Shown here: piece by piece, positions 39,627-48,467 of the stretch
Numbering within the stretch: position 1 is the stretch's first letter
Layout of the letters: each line of letters opens with the position of its first letter
Translations under genes and position numbers: made by a program
The notes under the pieces: model-generated
What the model was told of the DNA's origin: nothing
Databases searched by the model: none
The model's input: the letters and a program-made list of their open reading frames with translations, nothing else
Assembly (NCBI GenBank): GCA_003132425.1
Contig: PKXS01000142.1
Span: forward strand, 653-64,652
Direction: 5' to 3'
Length of the DNA stretch: 64,000 nt
DNA from: Gammaproteobacteria bacterium
GTDB taxonomy: Bacteria; Pseudomonadota; Gammaproteobacteria; Steroidobacterales; Steroidobacteraceae

Positions 39627-40301
39627 GTGCCGGCGTTGCTTACCGGCTTTCCCAGCGTCGCGCCGCCGTTGCTGTTGGGTACGAATAAGCTAGGCAGCAT
39701 TTGCGGTACGGGGAGCGCCGTCCTTCGCTATGCACGCTTCGTGCGCATCCCGTGGCGGGTGCTCCTTCCTGCGGCCGGCGCGGCATTCTTGGCGGCGCTC
39801 GGCGGCGCCAGCTTGGTCAGCGCCGTATCGCCCGCGCTGTTTCGTCCCTTGGTGCCCGTCATGCTGTCCGTGGCGTTGCTGTACGTACTGTGGCACCGGG
39901 ATCTTGGCGCGAAGCATGTTCCAGTAGCCCTGTCGCGCCTGCGCAGCGGCGCGGCGATGGCCGGCATCGCCGCCATCGGATTCTACGACGGCTTTTTCGG
40001 TCCCGGCACGGGCAGCTTTCTGATGCTGCTGTTTATCCGCGTCTACGGTTTCGATTTTTTGCACGCCTCCGCCGGCGCCCGCGTAATCAACGTGGCGACC
40101 AATGCGGGAGCGCTGCTGTATTTCGGCTGGCACGCCGACATCTACTGGGGTCTCGGGCTTGCACTGGGCATATGCAATGCCGCAGGCAGCCTTGTCGGAA
40201 CACGAATAGCGTTCAAGCACGGCAGCAAGTTCGTGCGGGCGCTGTTTATCGTGGTTGGGCTAGCTCTGATCGTGAAAACCGCCCGAGACGCCCTTGCCTA
40301 G
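39627..40301 (+). CDS. TauE/SafE (DUF81) family membrane transporter; real N-terminus probably upstream of this start
   Basis: Track ORF starts at GTG 39627. However, the same frame is open from 39498 and encodes FAGLVDSIVGGGGLIQ, the conserved first TauE motif, upstream of any ATG/GTG/TTG. Confidence 0.8.
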   Translation: MPALLTGFPSVAPPLLLGTNKLGSICGTGSAVLRYARFVRIPWRVLLPAAGAAFLAALGGASLVSAVSPALFRPLVPVMLSVALLYVLWHRDLGAKHVPVALSRLRSGAAMAGIAAIGFYDGFFGPGTGSFLMLLFIRVYGFDFLHASAGARVINVATNAGALLYFGWHADIYWGLGLALGICNAAGSLVGTRIAFKHGSKFVRALFIVVGLALIVKTARDALA

Positions 40302-40333
40302 GACACCCGGCGCTATCGGCGGCACAGGCGCTA

Positions 40334-40663
40334 TCAGCGTTCCCAATGTCCGGGCTTCATGCGCCAGCCGTCGCCCTGCCTGACCCACTGATGGGCCACC
40401 CAATGCCGACCGGGGTGTGGAGCTGACCAATGTCCCGCGACCCATTCGTGACGGTCGCCGGTCCAGTTCCAATATCCGCCAAGCCAAACGTAGCCCGGCA
40501 CCGGCGGCACCCCAATGACTTCCACGCGAGGCGGCGGCGGCGCCACCATCACGACGCCGCCGGCATAGTGGCGCTGATCCGGTACGACGACGCAACCCGC
40601 GAGAGCGATGCTCAAGCAAAGGCTGCAACCTAAGTGCGCGCTGAACCACCGGTACTTATTCAT
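40334..40663 (-). CDS. YXWGXW-repeat lipoprotein
   Basis: ATG at 40663 (MNKYRWFSAHLGCSLCLSIALAGC lipobox). Repeats YVWLGGYWNW, HEWVAGHW, HWVAHQW, DGWRMKPGHW. Confidence 0.7.
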   Translation of the reverse strand: MNKYRWFSAHLGCSLCLSIALAGCVVVPDQRHYAGGVVMVAPPPPRVEVIGVPPVPGYVWLGGYWNWTGDRHEWVAGHWSAPHPGRHWVAHQWVRQGDGWRMKPGHWER

Positions 40664-40760
40664 GACGGCAACCACGTATTGCAAAGTTGATATCGAAGTC
40701 CAACGTCCTCGGCCTGCCGCCGTTGACCGTCACTTCGAATACGCAGGATAACGCGCTCGC

Positions 40761-41453
40761 CTAAGGATCTCCATCCGCGGACTGCTTTATCGGGCGCAAG
40801 AGGCGCGACTTTGCGCGGTACATTGACGCATCCGCCCGCTGCAGCAACACTTCCGCGCTCTCTCCGTCGTCGGGATAGATCGCCAACCCGACTGCCGCGG
40901 TCAACTGCAGCGACTGACCATCTATACAGTACGGCGCGGCCACCCGGCGGCGGATCATATTCGCGACCTTCGCCGCGTCGCCCGCATCCGACAGGCACGG
41001 CAGCAACACCACAAACTCATCGCCGCCGTAGCGGCATACCATGTCGCCGTTGCGTGTGCGCGCTGCGATCCGCGCGCCCACGGCCGCCAATATCTTGTCG
41101 CCGACCGCGTGGCCGAATTCATCATTGATGCCTTTGAACCCGTCCAGGTCGACGAATAAGAGCCCGGCCCCGTGCCGCCGGCGGGCGGCTTCCGCGATCG
41201 CCAGCGCCAATTGCTCCTGCATGCGTCGGCGGTTATACAGACCGGTGAGTTCGTCCAGATCGGCAAGCCGTTGCACCTGCACCTCGCGCTGCTTCAGGCG
41301 CGTGACCTCGCGGATCAAGTGGGCATTGACCAGGCGCAGCGCGGCAATCTCGCGGCGCGCCTCGGGCAGGCCCGGCGCGGTGGGGTCGGGCAGCGCCAGG
41401 TGCCGTTGTTCCACAACGCTGTGAACATAGAGCTTGCTTGGCATATATGACAT
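40761..41453 (-). CDS. Diguanylate cyclase (GGDEF) with N-terminal coiled coil
   Basis: 230 aa. DELTGLYNRRR, FVDLDGFKGINDEFGHAVGD, RYGGDEFVVLL. Confidence 0.9.
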   Translation of the reverse strand: MSYMPSKLYVHSVVEQRHLALPDPTAPGLPEARREIAALRLVNAHLIREVTRLKQREVQVQRLADLDELTGLYNRRRMQEQLALAIAEAARRRHGAGLLFVDLDGFKGINDEFGHAVGDKILAAVGARIAARTRNGDMVCRYGGDEFVVLLPCLSDAGDAAKVANMIRRRVAAPYCIDGQSLQLTAAVGLAIYPDDGESAEVLLQRADASMYRAKSRLLRPIKQSADGDP

Positions 41454-41606
41454 GGTCGAGTTCCACCTCTATGACGACCCAATCTTGGGCATCGGACACG
41501 CCGTGCGGGGTCAGCTATGCCCGTGTTGATCTGTAGGAATTAGCCGACGTCCCAGGAGTGCGACAGGGAGCGTCAACGCCCGCGGCGCTGCGCCGTTAGA
41601 GTTCGG

Positions 41607-43004
41607 ATGGTGCAATCTGAAATAGCCGTGCTGCGCTTTGGCCTGGGCGCCCGCCCGGGCGATCTGAACGCTGCGGCGGGGGACCCGCGAGCCTGGCTGC
41701 GGGCACAGATCCACGGCGGCGTTGCGCTTGCCGGAAACACCGTTCTCGCGCCTTCGGCGCAGATATTCGGCGACGTCCTGGCGGCGCGCGAGCAGCGTCG
41801 GAAAATGCAGCTCGAGGCCGCAAATGAGCCTGCCGCCGACGCCAAGACCGACTTGAATGTGCTGCGCGACGCCTACATGCCTCACTACCGCGCGCAAGTG
41901 CTGGCGCGCGCTTGCAGTGCCGCGCTCACCTCGCGTCCCTTCGCCGAACGATTGGTGCACTTTTGGGCCAATCATTTTGCAGTGTCAGCCGACAAAGGCG
42001 CGATTTACGGGCTGGCGGGCACCCTCGAGAACGAGGCTATAAGGCCTCGCGTCAACGGGCGATTTATCGATCTACTGACCGCAGTGGATCAGCACCCGGC
42101 AATGATCGCTTTTCTCGACAACCAATATTCCGTGGGTGCGGATTCCGATGCGGCTCGATACGCTGCGCGGCGCAATGTGAAACGCGAATTCGGCATCAAT
42201 GAAAATCTGGCGCGAGAAATTCTGGAACTGCACACCTTGGGCGTGAACGGCGGCTACACGCAAACCGACGTAATGGCCTTCGCCCAGATCATTACCGGCT
42301 GGTCGATCGGCGGCGGCAAGGGCCGGCTCGCCGGCGGCGAGACCGGCTGCTTCTACTTCCGGGAGAATCTGCACGAACCCGGCGCCAAAATCTTCCTCGG
42401 CAAGACTTACGCGCAAGTCGGCCAAGCGCAGGGCGAAGCGGTACTTGCGGATCTCGCACGGCATCGGTCGACGGCGCGATTTATCGCGACCAAGCTGGCA
42501 CGCCACTTCATTGCCGACGATCCGCCGCAGGCCGCAGTAGAGCGCATCGCGCGGGCATTTCTTAAATCGGACGGCGACCTGCCTCATGTGTATGCCGCGC
42601 TGATCGACTCGCACGAAGCGTGGAATGCCGATGCACGCAAGTTCAAGACGCCCGAGGATTTGGTATTTTCCACCTTGCGGGCGTTCAACGCATCGCCCCG
42701 CGAACCCGAGGAAGTCATCCGCAGCTTCGAGCTGCTGGGCCAGCGCCAATACACGCCGGGATCGCCCGCGGGCTGGGCGGATACCGCCAAGAGTTGGGAC
42801 GGCTCGGATGCGCTGATGCATCGCATTTTATGGACATCCCGCGTTGCCGAACACTACGATCGCGGCATTGATCCGCTGGATATCGCCGCATCGAGCCTCG
42901 GTGGATACGCGCGCGCAGAGACACTGACGGCGATGCGGCGCGCCGCCTCCGGCGCACAGGCCGTGACACTGCTGTTGATGAGCCCTGAATTTCAACGGAG
43001 ATAG
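41607..43004 (+). CDS. DUF1800 family protein
   Basis: 465 aa. HFWANHFAVS and ELHTLGVNGGYTQTDV motifs typical of DUF1800. Paired with DUF1501 downstream. Confidence 0.85.
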   Translation: MVQSEIAVLRFGLGARPGDLNAAAGDPRAWLRAQIHGGVALAGNTVLAPSAQIFGDVLAAREQRRKMQLEAANEPAADAKTDLNVLRDAYMPHYRAQVLARACSAALTSRPFAERLVHFWANHFAVSADKGAIYGLAGTLENEAIRPRVNGRFIDLLTAVDQHPAMIAFLDNQYSVGADSDAARYAARRNVKREFGINENLAREILELHTLGVNGGYTQTDVMAFAQIITGWSIGGGKGRLAGGETGCFYFRENLHEPGAKIFLGKTYAQVGQAQGEAVLADLARHRSTARFIATKLARHFIADDPPQAAVERIARAFLKSDGDLPHVYAALIDSHEAWNADARKFKTPEDLVFSTLRAFNASPREPEEVIRSFELLGQRQYTPGSPAGWADTAKSWDGSDALMHRILWTSRVAEHYDRGIDPLDIAASSLGGYARAETLTAMRRAASGAQAVTLLLMSPEFQRR

Positions 43005-43006
43005 CG

Positions 43007-44236
43007 ATGCGCAGCTCAATTGATACCCTGAATCGGCGCCGCTTTCTCTTAAGTTCCGGCGCGCTGGCGGCAAGCGCTGCGATGCCGAACGTCCTGTTCG
43101 CGTACACCGGCGGCTCCGCGCCCCTCGTGGTCGTGATCCTGCGCGGCGCGCTGGATGGTCTCGCGGCCGTGCCGCCTTACGCCGATCCGGATTACGCAGG
43201 GCTGCACCGCGAGCTGGCGATTGCCGCGCCGGGCGGCGCCGACGGGGCGCTCGCGCTCGACAACACTTTCGGCCTGCATCCTTCGCTCGGGTTTTTGCAT
43301 GAGCGATACCTTGGCGGAGAACTGATCGTGTTCCAGGCGGCTGCCTCGCCGTATCGGGACCGATCGCATTTCGACGGCCAGAACGTCCTTGAGAACGGTC
43401 TCACCAAACCCATCGGCACGGCGGATGGTTGGCTCAATCGGGCTCTCGCGGCCTTGCCGAGAAGCGCCCGATTCACCAGGCGCGCCGTTGCAATAAGTCA
43501 AAACGTTCCCCTGATTTTGCGCGGCGACGCACCGGCACTCTCGAAATCGCCGGCGGCGACACCGGATATCGACGAAGACCTGTTGGCTCGCCTGGCCGAC
43601 CTATACTCGAAAGACGATTGGTTCTCGGCGCGCTTGAGCGAGGGTGTTCAGACCGAGAAACTCGCGGACGACAGCGGCGCCATGGCTTCGCAGCAGCATA
43701 TGGCTGCGCGGCCTGCCCCCGACCGCATCACCAGCGAGGCGCGCATGGCGGCCACCCTGATGCGCAGCGACGGCGGCCCCAACATCGCGGTGCTGGAAGC
43801 GTCCGGTTGGGACACCCACGCCAATCAAGGAGGGGCGACGGGTGCGCTTGCGCAGCGCCTGTTAGGCCTCGATCATGCCCTACGGACTTTAGCCGATGAA
43901 TTGGGCCCGCTCTGGTCGCAGACCGCCGTGCTGGTGGTGACCGAATTCGGCCGTACCGCCGCGATGAACGGCACCCGGGGGACCGATCACGGTACAGGAG
44001 GCTGTGCGTTTCTCGCCGGCGGGGCCGTGCGTGGCGGCCGGGTCATTGCCGATTGGCCCGGCCTCGCGCACAACGCGCTGCTCGACGGCCGCGACCTGCG
44101 GCCCACGCTGGACCTGCGCAGCGTATTCAAAGGGGTGCTCGTCGAGCACTTGCACGTCGACGCCAGTACCCTGGCCGCCAGGGTATTCCCGGACAGTAGC
44201 GGCGCACGCCCTCTCCAAGGGCTGATGCGCAGCTAA
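43007..44236 (+). CDS. DUF1501 family (sulfatase-like) protein with Tat signal
   Basis: 409 aa. Twin-arginine leader NRRRFLLSSGALAASA, C-terminal TEFGRT...GTDHG motif. Confidence 0.88.
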   Translation: MRSSIDTLNRRRFLLSSGALAASAAMPNVLFAYTGGSAPLVVVILRGALDGLAAVPPYADPDYAGLHRELAIAAPGGADGALALDNTFGLHPSLGFLHERYLGGELIVFQAAASPYRDRSHFDGQNVLENGLTKPIGTADGWLNRALAALPRSARFTRRAVAISQNVPLILRGDAPALSKSPAATPDIDEDLLARLADLYSKDDWFSARLSEGVQTEKLADDSGAMASQQHMAARPAPDRITSEARMAATLMRSDGGPNIAVLEASGWDTHANQGGATGALAQRLLGLDHALRTLADELGPLWSQTAVLVVTEFGRTAAMNGTRGTDHGTGGCAFLAGGAVRGGRVIADWPGLAHNALLDGRDLRPTLDLRSVFKGVLVEHLHVDASTLAARVFPDSSGARPLQGLMRS

Positions 44237-44254
44237 GCCGCCCTCAGCGCAAGC

Positions 44255-44788
44255 CTATGTGGAAGACGGTCCGCCGATGGGCGTGATCGTCGACGCCGGC
44301 GCCGGCTCCGGGGCCGCCGGCGCGGACGACGGGTAGGCAGGCGTCAGCACCACAGGCGCCGCCGGTTTCGGCATCGCCATCGGCTTCGGCATCGCAACTG
44401 GCTTCGGCATCGAAACCGGTTTCGGCGTTGCCACCGGCCTCGCAATCGCCACCGGAGTCGGCGCGGCAACGGGCTTCGGCATCGCCATCGGTTTCGGCAT
44501 CGCCATCGGTTTCGGCACCGACACTGGTTTCGGCATCACAATGGGTGTCGGCTTCGAAACGGCCTTGACGGCGACAGGCTTGGCTTTGGCCTTAGCCTTC
44601 CTCGGCGCAGCCTTAGCCGCTCTTTTCGCGGCCTTAAGCGGTTTGCTCCGCCTTTTTGCCTTCGCCTTCACCGGGTGCGTCTTGCGTCTCGCAGCGCGCA
44701 GCTTCCTTCGCGCGACGCTCGATTTTGCGGCTGCGCGCTTGGCCTTTCTTGCCACCGGACGCTTCTTAGATTTGCTCTTCTTTGCCAT
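44255..44788 (-). CDS. Lys/Ala-rich histone H1-like (AlgP-like) protein with PKPxAM hexapeptide repeats
   Basis: ATG at 44788 (MAKKSKSKKRPVARKAKRAAAK...). The C-terminal half is about 11 tandem hexapeptides (MPKPVA/MPKPMA). Confidence 0.6.
   Translation of the reverse strand: MAKKSKSKKRPVARKAKRAAAKSSVARRKLRAARRKTHPVKAKAKRRSKPLKAAKRAAKAAPRKAKAKAKPVAVKAVSKPTPIVMPKPVSVPKPMAMPKPMAMPKPVAAPTPVAIARPVATPKPVSMPKPVAMPKPMAMPKPAAPVVLTPAYPSSAPAAPEPAPASTITPIGGPSST
44364..44561. repeat. 18-nt tandem repeat, about 11 copies (coding)
   Basis: Units ggyttcggcatcgccatc read directly (for example 44364-44381, 44382-44399, 44472-44489, 44490-44507). In frame with CDS 44255..44788. Confidence 0.9.
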
Positions 44789-44905
44789 GGTCCCTCTACT
44801 CCTCGCGGTCGTGTCACTACATGCTGTGAGAGTAGCCCTGAACAAGTCCGCTGTCATCTGCGTCTGCTGCTGGAGTCGGTCACGAGGATTGCGTAGGCTG
44901 CCCAC

Positions 44906-45559
44906 GTGCTACCGACAGAACCCGTCCGCCCGTTGCAAGATGTGTGGCTGCGACCCAGACGCGTGATTCGCGAATTATCCGCGCGGCCCATCGGCGTGGT
45001 CGATTACCTGTTGGGGTCGGCGCAAGGCGTCGCCACTTGGCTCGCCGTGAGCAGGATCCAAGAGCTGGGAGCCAGCAAAAGCGTCGAGGAAATCATCGCC
45101 AGGGCCTTCGTCATCGGACCCCCATTGGGCGTTGCCACGCTGTTTTTGCTGTCTGCCATTTATGCGCGTCTCGCGAATCGCGCAGGCGCGGGGCCTACGC
45201 GTACCCAAATGTTCCACGTGCTGGCCTACGGCGGCGTGCCCATCGTCGCATCGCTGGGGATTTGGCTGGTAACCGCGCTGCTGGTCGGCGAGACCACTTT
45301 CGTCGATACGCCGCGCCCTGATTTGGAAGGCTTTGCGGCGCTATTGTTACAGGCGCAAATCATCGCGCAGACCGTGCTGTTTTTCTGGAACGTGCTGCTG
45401 CAAGTGATGGGACTCAGCGAAATCCAGGGCGTTACGCCGGGCCGGGCATTCTTGGTGTGGCTCTTGGGCCAGGTCCTGGGGGCGCTCGCAATGACGCTGA
45501 TTGCGATTGTATTGGTGGCCTTGGGCCTTAAGCTTGCGATCGGCCCGGCGGCCGGCTAA
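44906..45559 (+). CDS. Yip1-family integral membrane protein
   Basis: 217 aa, GTG start. N-terminal LWLRPRRVIREL-type segment followed by five hydrophobic helices. Confidence 0.55.
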   Translation: MLPTEPVRPLQDVWLRPRRVIRELSARPIGVVDYLLGSAQGVATWLAVSRIQELGASKSVEEIIARAFVIGPPLGVATLFLLSAIYARLANRAGAGPTRTQMFHVLAYGGVPIVASLGIWLVTALLVGETTFVDTPRPDLEGFAALLLQAQIIAQTVLFFWNVLLQVMGLSEIQGVTPGRAFLVWLLGQVLGALAMTLIAIVLVALGLKLAIGPAAG

Positions 45560-45924
45560 GCCGCCTGGGAGGCCAATTCCTCAGGCTGGTTCGGCGCCGC
45601 CGGCAATCCGACCGGTACCTCCTCAAGACGTGCGACAACCGGTTTTGCAGCCGGCCGCCGGGCAACCGGGGTTCGCGTTTTCCGGGGAGCCGCCGCCTTT
45701 GCGCGCTTCCATGCAAGCGCGGCGGTCTCGGCTTTCTTGCGGGCCTGTTTCGCGGCTTTCTTCCATTGCTTGGACAATTTGCGGGCTCGCTTGAGCCGCG
45801 CCTTCGCCGCACGCACCCGCTGTTTTGCCGCTTGCGCGCGCACCGCGATCTTTTCCGCGTCCTGGCTCAGGCGTTGCGCCGCAGCACTCATATTGGCCCG
45901 GGCCTTTGAACCAGCAGTCGCCAC
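45556..45924 (-). CDS. Lys/Ala-rich coiled-coil hypothetical protein
   Basis: 122-aa ORF (AAKQRVRAAKARLKRARKLSKQWKKAAKQARKKAE...). Its 3' end overlaps the Yip1 gene stop by 4 nt. Confidence 0.45.
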   Translation of the reverse strand: MATAGSKARANMSAAAQRLSQDAEKIAVRAQAAKQRVRAAKARLKRARKLSKQWKKAAKQARKKAETAALAWKRAKAAAPRKTRTPVARRPAAKPVVARLEEVPVGLPAAPNQPEELASQAA

Positions 45925-46001
45925 GTTGTGTCCCCGCTCTAGTTGAGGCCGGTGAGCTTAGCGCCGGCGCCGCGTGCTGTCACGGAGCCGCCGCCGGAGC
46001 T

Positions 46002-46661
46002 CTAAGGCAGGACCCGAAACAAGAATTCACGAATATCCGCGACCTCCGCGGCGCAGACTGCGTGCCCCATCGGATAGGCGTGCCACTCGATCGCGAAGCC
46101 CAGGCTCTTGAGGAAATTGCGCGACTCCAGCCCCATGGCGATGGGCAGCGTCTCATCGCCCTGCCCGTGGGCCATGAATATGGGCGTGGCGTCGTTCGCC
46201 GGTGCGCGTTCCGCGCTGAGACTCCCCGCCAACGGTAAGTAGCAGGACAGCGCCATGACGCCGGCCAAGCGTTCGGCGAAACGGGGCGCGGTATAAAGGG
46301 ATGCAGCGCCCCCTTGAGAGAACCCTGCGAGCACGATTCTGCTCGCCGGTATGCCGCGCTCAATCTCCTTGGCGATCAGCCAACGAATGCGCATGTCGGT
46401 GTCGCGAAAGCCCGCGGCATCCTCCGCGGCCTTCCGGTCGAATCCTTGGATGTCGTACCAGGCGCGCATCGCCATGCCGCCGTTGATGGTCACGGGGCGA
46501 ACGGGCGCGTTCGGAAACACGAAGCGCCAAGCCCGTTCGCCGCGGCGAACGAGCTCCGGCACGATGGGTTCAAAATCATGCCCGTCGGCGCCAAGGCCGT
46601 GCAGCCATAACACCGCGGCATCCGGCGTTGCGGCGGTTTCTACTTCGATGGTTTCCAACAC
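46002..46661 (-). CDS. Carboxylesterase / phospholipase family alpha-beta hydrolase
   Basis: 219 aa. LHGLGADGHDF, nucleophile elbow GFSQGGA, catalytic His near the C-terminus (HAYPMGH). Confidence 0.88.
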   Translation of the reverse strand: MLETIEVETAATPDAAVLWLHGLGADGHDFEPIVPELVRRGERAWRFVFPNAPVRPVTINGGMAMRAWYDIQGFDRKAAEDAAGFRDTDMRIRWLIAKEIERGIPASRIVLAGFSQGGAASLYTAPRFAERLAGVMALSCYLPLAGSLSAERAPANDATPIFMAHGQGDETLPIAMGLESRNFLKSLGFAIEWHAYPMGHAVCAAEVADIREFLFRVLP

Positions 46662-46717
46662 TCAATCAGGTTACTAGCCTCGGAGAGCGAAACCAAACCT
46701 GGATCATTGACAGCGCA

Positions 46718-46752
46718 TGCATTTTTATGCAGGATATGTGCAACTTTATGCA
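46718..46752 (+). promoter_or_regulatory. Tandem ARG-box-like operator upstream of argR
   Basis: TGCATTTTTATGCA (46718-46731, perfect palindrome) and TGCAACTTTATGCA (46739-46752), 21 bp start-to-start. A TTGACA -35-like hexamer lies at 46707-46712. Confidence 0.6.
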
Positions 46753-46764
46753 TTGAGTCGGAAA

Positions 46765-47235
46765 ATGCTCAGACCTGCGGGAGAAATCACCAGCGCGCCG
46801 GCGCGCCGAACGATGCTTGCGAAGATCATTCGCGAGCAGGCGGTCGGCCGTCAATCGGAGCTGGTCGCCATGTTGCGCAGGTACGGCCATTTCGCGACCC
46901 AATCGAGCGTGAGCCGGGATTTGCGCGAGCTGGGCGTGGCCAAATTGGGCGATCGCTATGTTCTCTCCGGCGGGCTGCTCGAGGCGGCGGCCGCCAAGAA
47001 TGATTTCTCGACGCTGAAGCAATTCGTCAATGCACAGTTGACGGCAGGCACGAATCTGACCGTGTTGAAGACGACGGTGGGCTCGGCGCAGAGCGTGGCG
47101 GTGGCCATCGACACCGCCCGATGGCCCGAAGTGGTCGGTACGATTTCCGGCGACGACACGATATTCATCGCCACTGCCGGAGCACGCGAGCAACGCAAGC
47201 TCGGCGAGCGGCTGCGCGCCGTCTTCGGACGCTGA
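46765..47235 (+). CDS. argR: Arginine repressor
   Basis: Track ORF starts at 46717, inside the operator. The ATG at 46765 gives 156 aa with wHTH (QSELVAMLRRYGHFATQSSVSRDLRELG) and C-terminal oligomerisation domain (GTISGDDTIFI). The ATG at 46813 is also possible. Confidence 0.88.
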   Translation: MLRPAGEITSAPARRTMLAKIIREQAVGRQSELVAMLRRYGHFATQSSVSRDLRELGVAKLGDRYVLSGGLLEAAAAKNDFSTLKQFVNAQLTAGTNLTVLKTTVGSAQSVAVAIDTARWPEVVGTISGDDTIFIATAGAREQRKLGERLRAVFGR

Positions 47236-47240
47236 TCCGC

Positions 47241-48467
47241 ATGACATCGACCTCGCTCAAGGGCGCAGAGCCCATTCTTCTGGCATTTTCGGGCGGTTTG
47301 GATACCTCCTTCTGCGTCCCGTGGCTCAAGGATACCTACCGGCGCCCCGTCATCACCGTCACGGTCGATACAGGCGGCATCGACCGCGAAGCCGCGAAGT
47401 CGCTGGCCGAGCGTTCGGTTCTGCTCGGCGCCGTCGAGCATCATTTGATCGACGCGCGCGACGCGTACTTCGAGCATGTGCTCAAATTCTTGATCATGGG
47501 CAATGTGCGGCGCGGCGCGGTCTATCCCTTGTGCGTAGGCGCGGAGCGCGTGCTGCAGGCGCAAACCATCGCGCAATTCGCCCTCAAGCTCCAAACCAAG
47601 ATGGTCGCGCACGGTTGCACGGCCGCGGGCAATGATCAGGTTCGCTTCGAAGTGGCGCTGCGTACCTTGGCGCCGGATTTGGAAATTATCGCGCCGGTGC
47701 GCGACCGCGCATTCAAGCGGCCGGAACAGCTCAAGTATCTTGAGGATCATGGGCTGCCCATTCCGCCATTCGGCGGCGCGTATTCGGTGAACCGCGGGCT
47801 CTGGGGCGTCACCATCGGCGGCAAGGAGACGCTGACCTCTCAGGGCAGCATTCCCGACGGCGCGTGGGTGCTGTCCAAAGACGCCTATTCGAATCCACGC
47901 CCGCCCGAGCGTCACCGTATCGGTTTCGAGCGGGGCGTTCCGGCGAGCCTCGACGGCCAGAAGCTGCCCGCCGTGGCGATCATAGAGGCGCTCGAATCGC
48001 TGGCGGGCCCCTTCGGTATTGGGCGCGGCATTCACTTGGGCGACACCGTCATCGGCACCAAGGGGCGCGTGGCGTTCGAAGCGCCCGCCGCCGAGGTGCT
48101 GCTGACGGCGCATCGGGAGCTGGAGAAACTGGTGTTGACGGGCAAACAGGCGCGCATCAAGGACTCCGTGGCCCAGCCCTACGGCGACCTGGTGCACGAG
48201 GGACAGCACTTGGATCCGGTGTGCCGCGACATCGAAGCACTGCTCGTGTCCTCGCAAGCTCGCGTCAGCGGGGAGGCCATCGTGTCGTTCCGCCCGGGGT
48301 CGGTATTCGTCGAAGGGGTAAGCTCGCCGTATTCGCTGATGGCGGCATCCAAAGGCGTGTATGGGGAAGCCGCCGGCGAATGGACGCCGACCGATGCCCT
48401 CGGCTACTCGAAGATGCTCGCGCTGACCGGAATCTTTTACAGACGCGCGGGAGCGAATCGACGATGA
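47241..48467 (+). CDS. argG: Argininosuccinate synthase
   Basis: Trimmed to the ATG at 47241. AFSGGLDTS ATP-PPase motif, HGCTAAGNDQVRFE. 408 aa. Confidence 0.95.
   Translation: MTSTSLKGAEPILLAFSGGLDTSFCVPWLKDTYRRPVITVTVDTGGIDREAAKSLAERSVLLGAVEHHLIDARDAYFEHVLKFLIMGNVRRGAVYPLCVGAERVLQAQTIAQFALKLQTKMVAHGCTAAGNDQVRFEVALRTLAPDLEIIAPVRDRAFKRPEQLKYLEDHGLPIPPFGGAYSVNRGLWGVTIGGKETLTSQGSIPDGAWVLSKDAYSNPRPPERHRIGFERGVPASLDGQKLPAVAIIEALESLAGPFGIGRGIHLGDTVIGTKGRVAFEAPAAEVLLTAHRELEKLVLTGKQARIKDSVAQPYGDLVHEGQHLDPVCRDIEALLVSSQARVSGEAIVSFRPGSVFVEGVSSPYSLMAASKGVYGEAAGEWTPTDALGYSKMLALTGIFYRRAGANRR

Noticed and set aside
44364-44561. The regular 18-nt repeats (and the 9-nt repeats at 34207..34242) considered as a possible CRISPR or minisatellite array
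   Set aside because: There are no unique spacers between units, the units are far shorter than CRISPR repeats, and both arrays are in frame within ORFs and encode peptide repeats.
46956-48257. 433-aa minus-strand ORF opposite argR/argG, and similar antisense ORFs (17543..18475 opposite the kinase; 55369..56262 opposite the FKBP gene; 58881..59645 opposite polA)
   Set aside because: They are antisense to genes with strong homology, show no recognisable motifs, and have the amino-acid bias typical of high-GC antisense frames.
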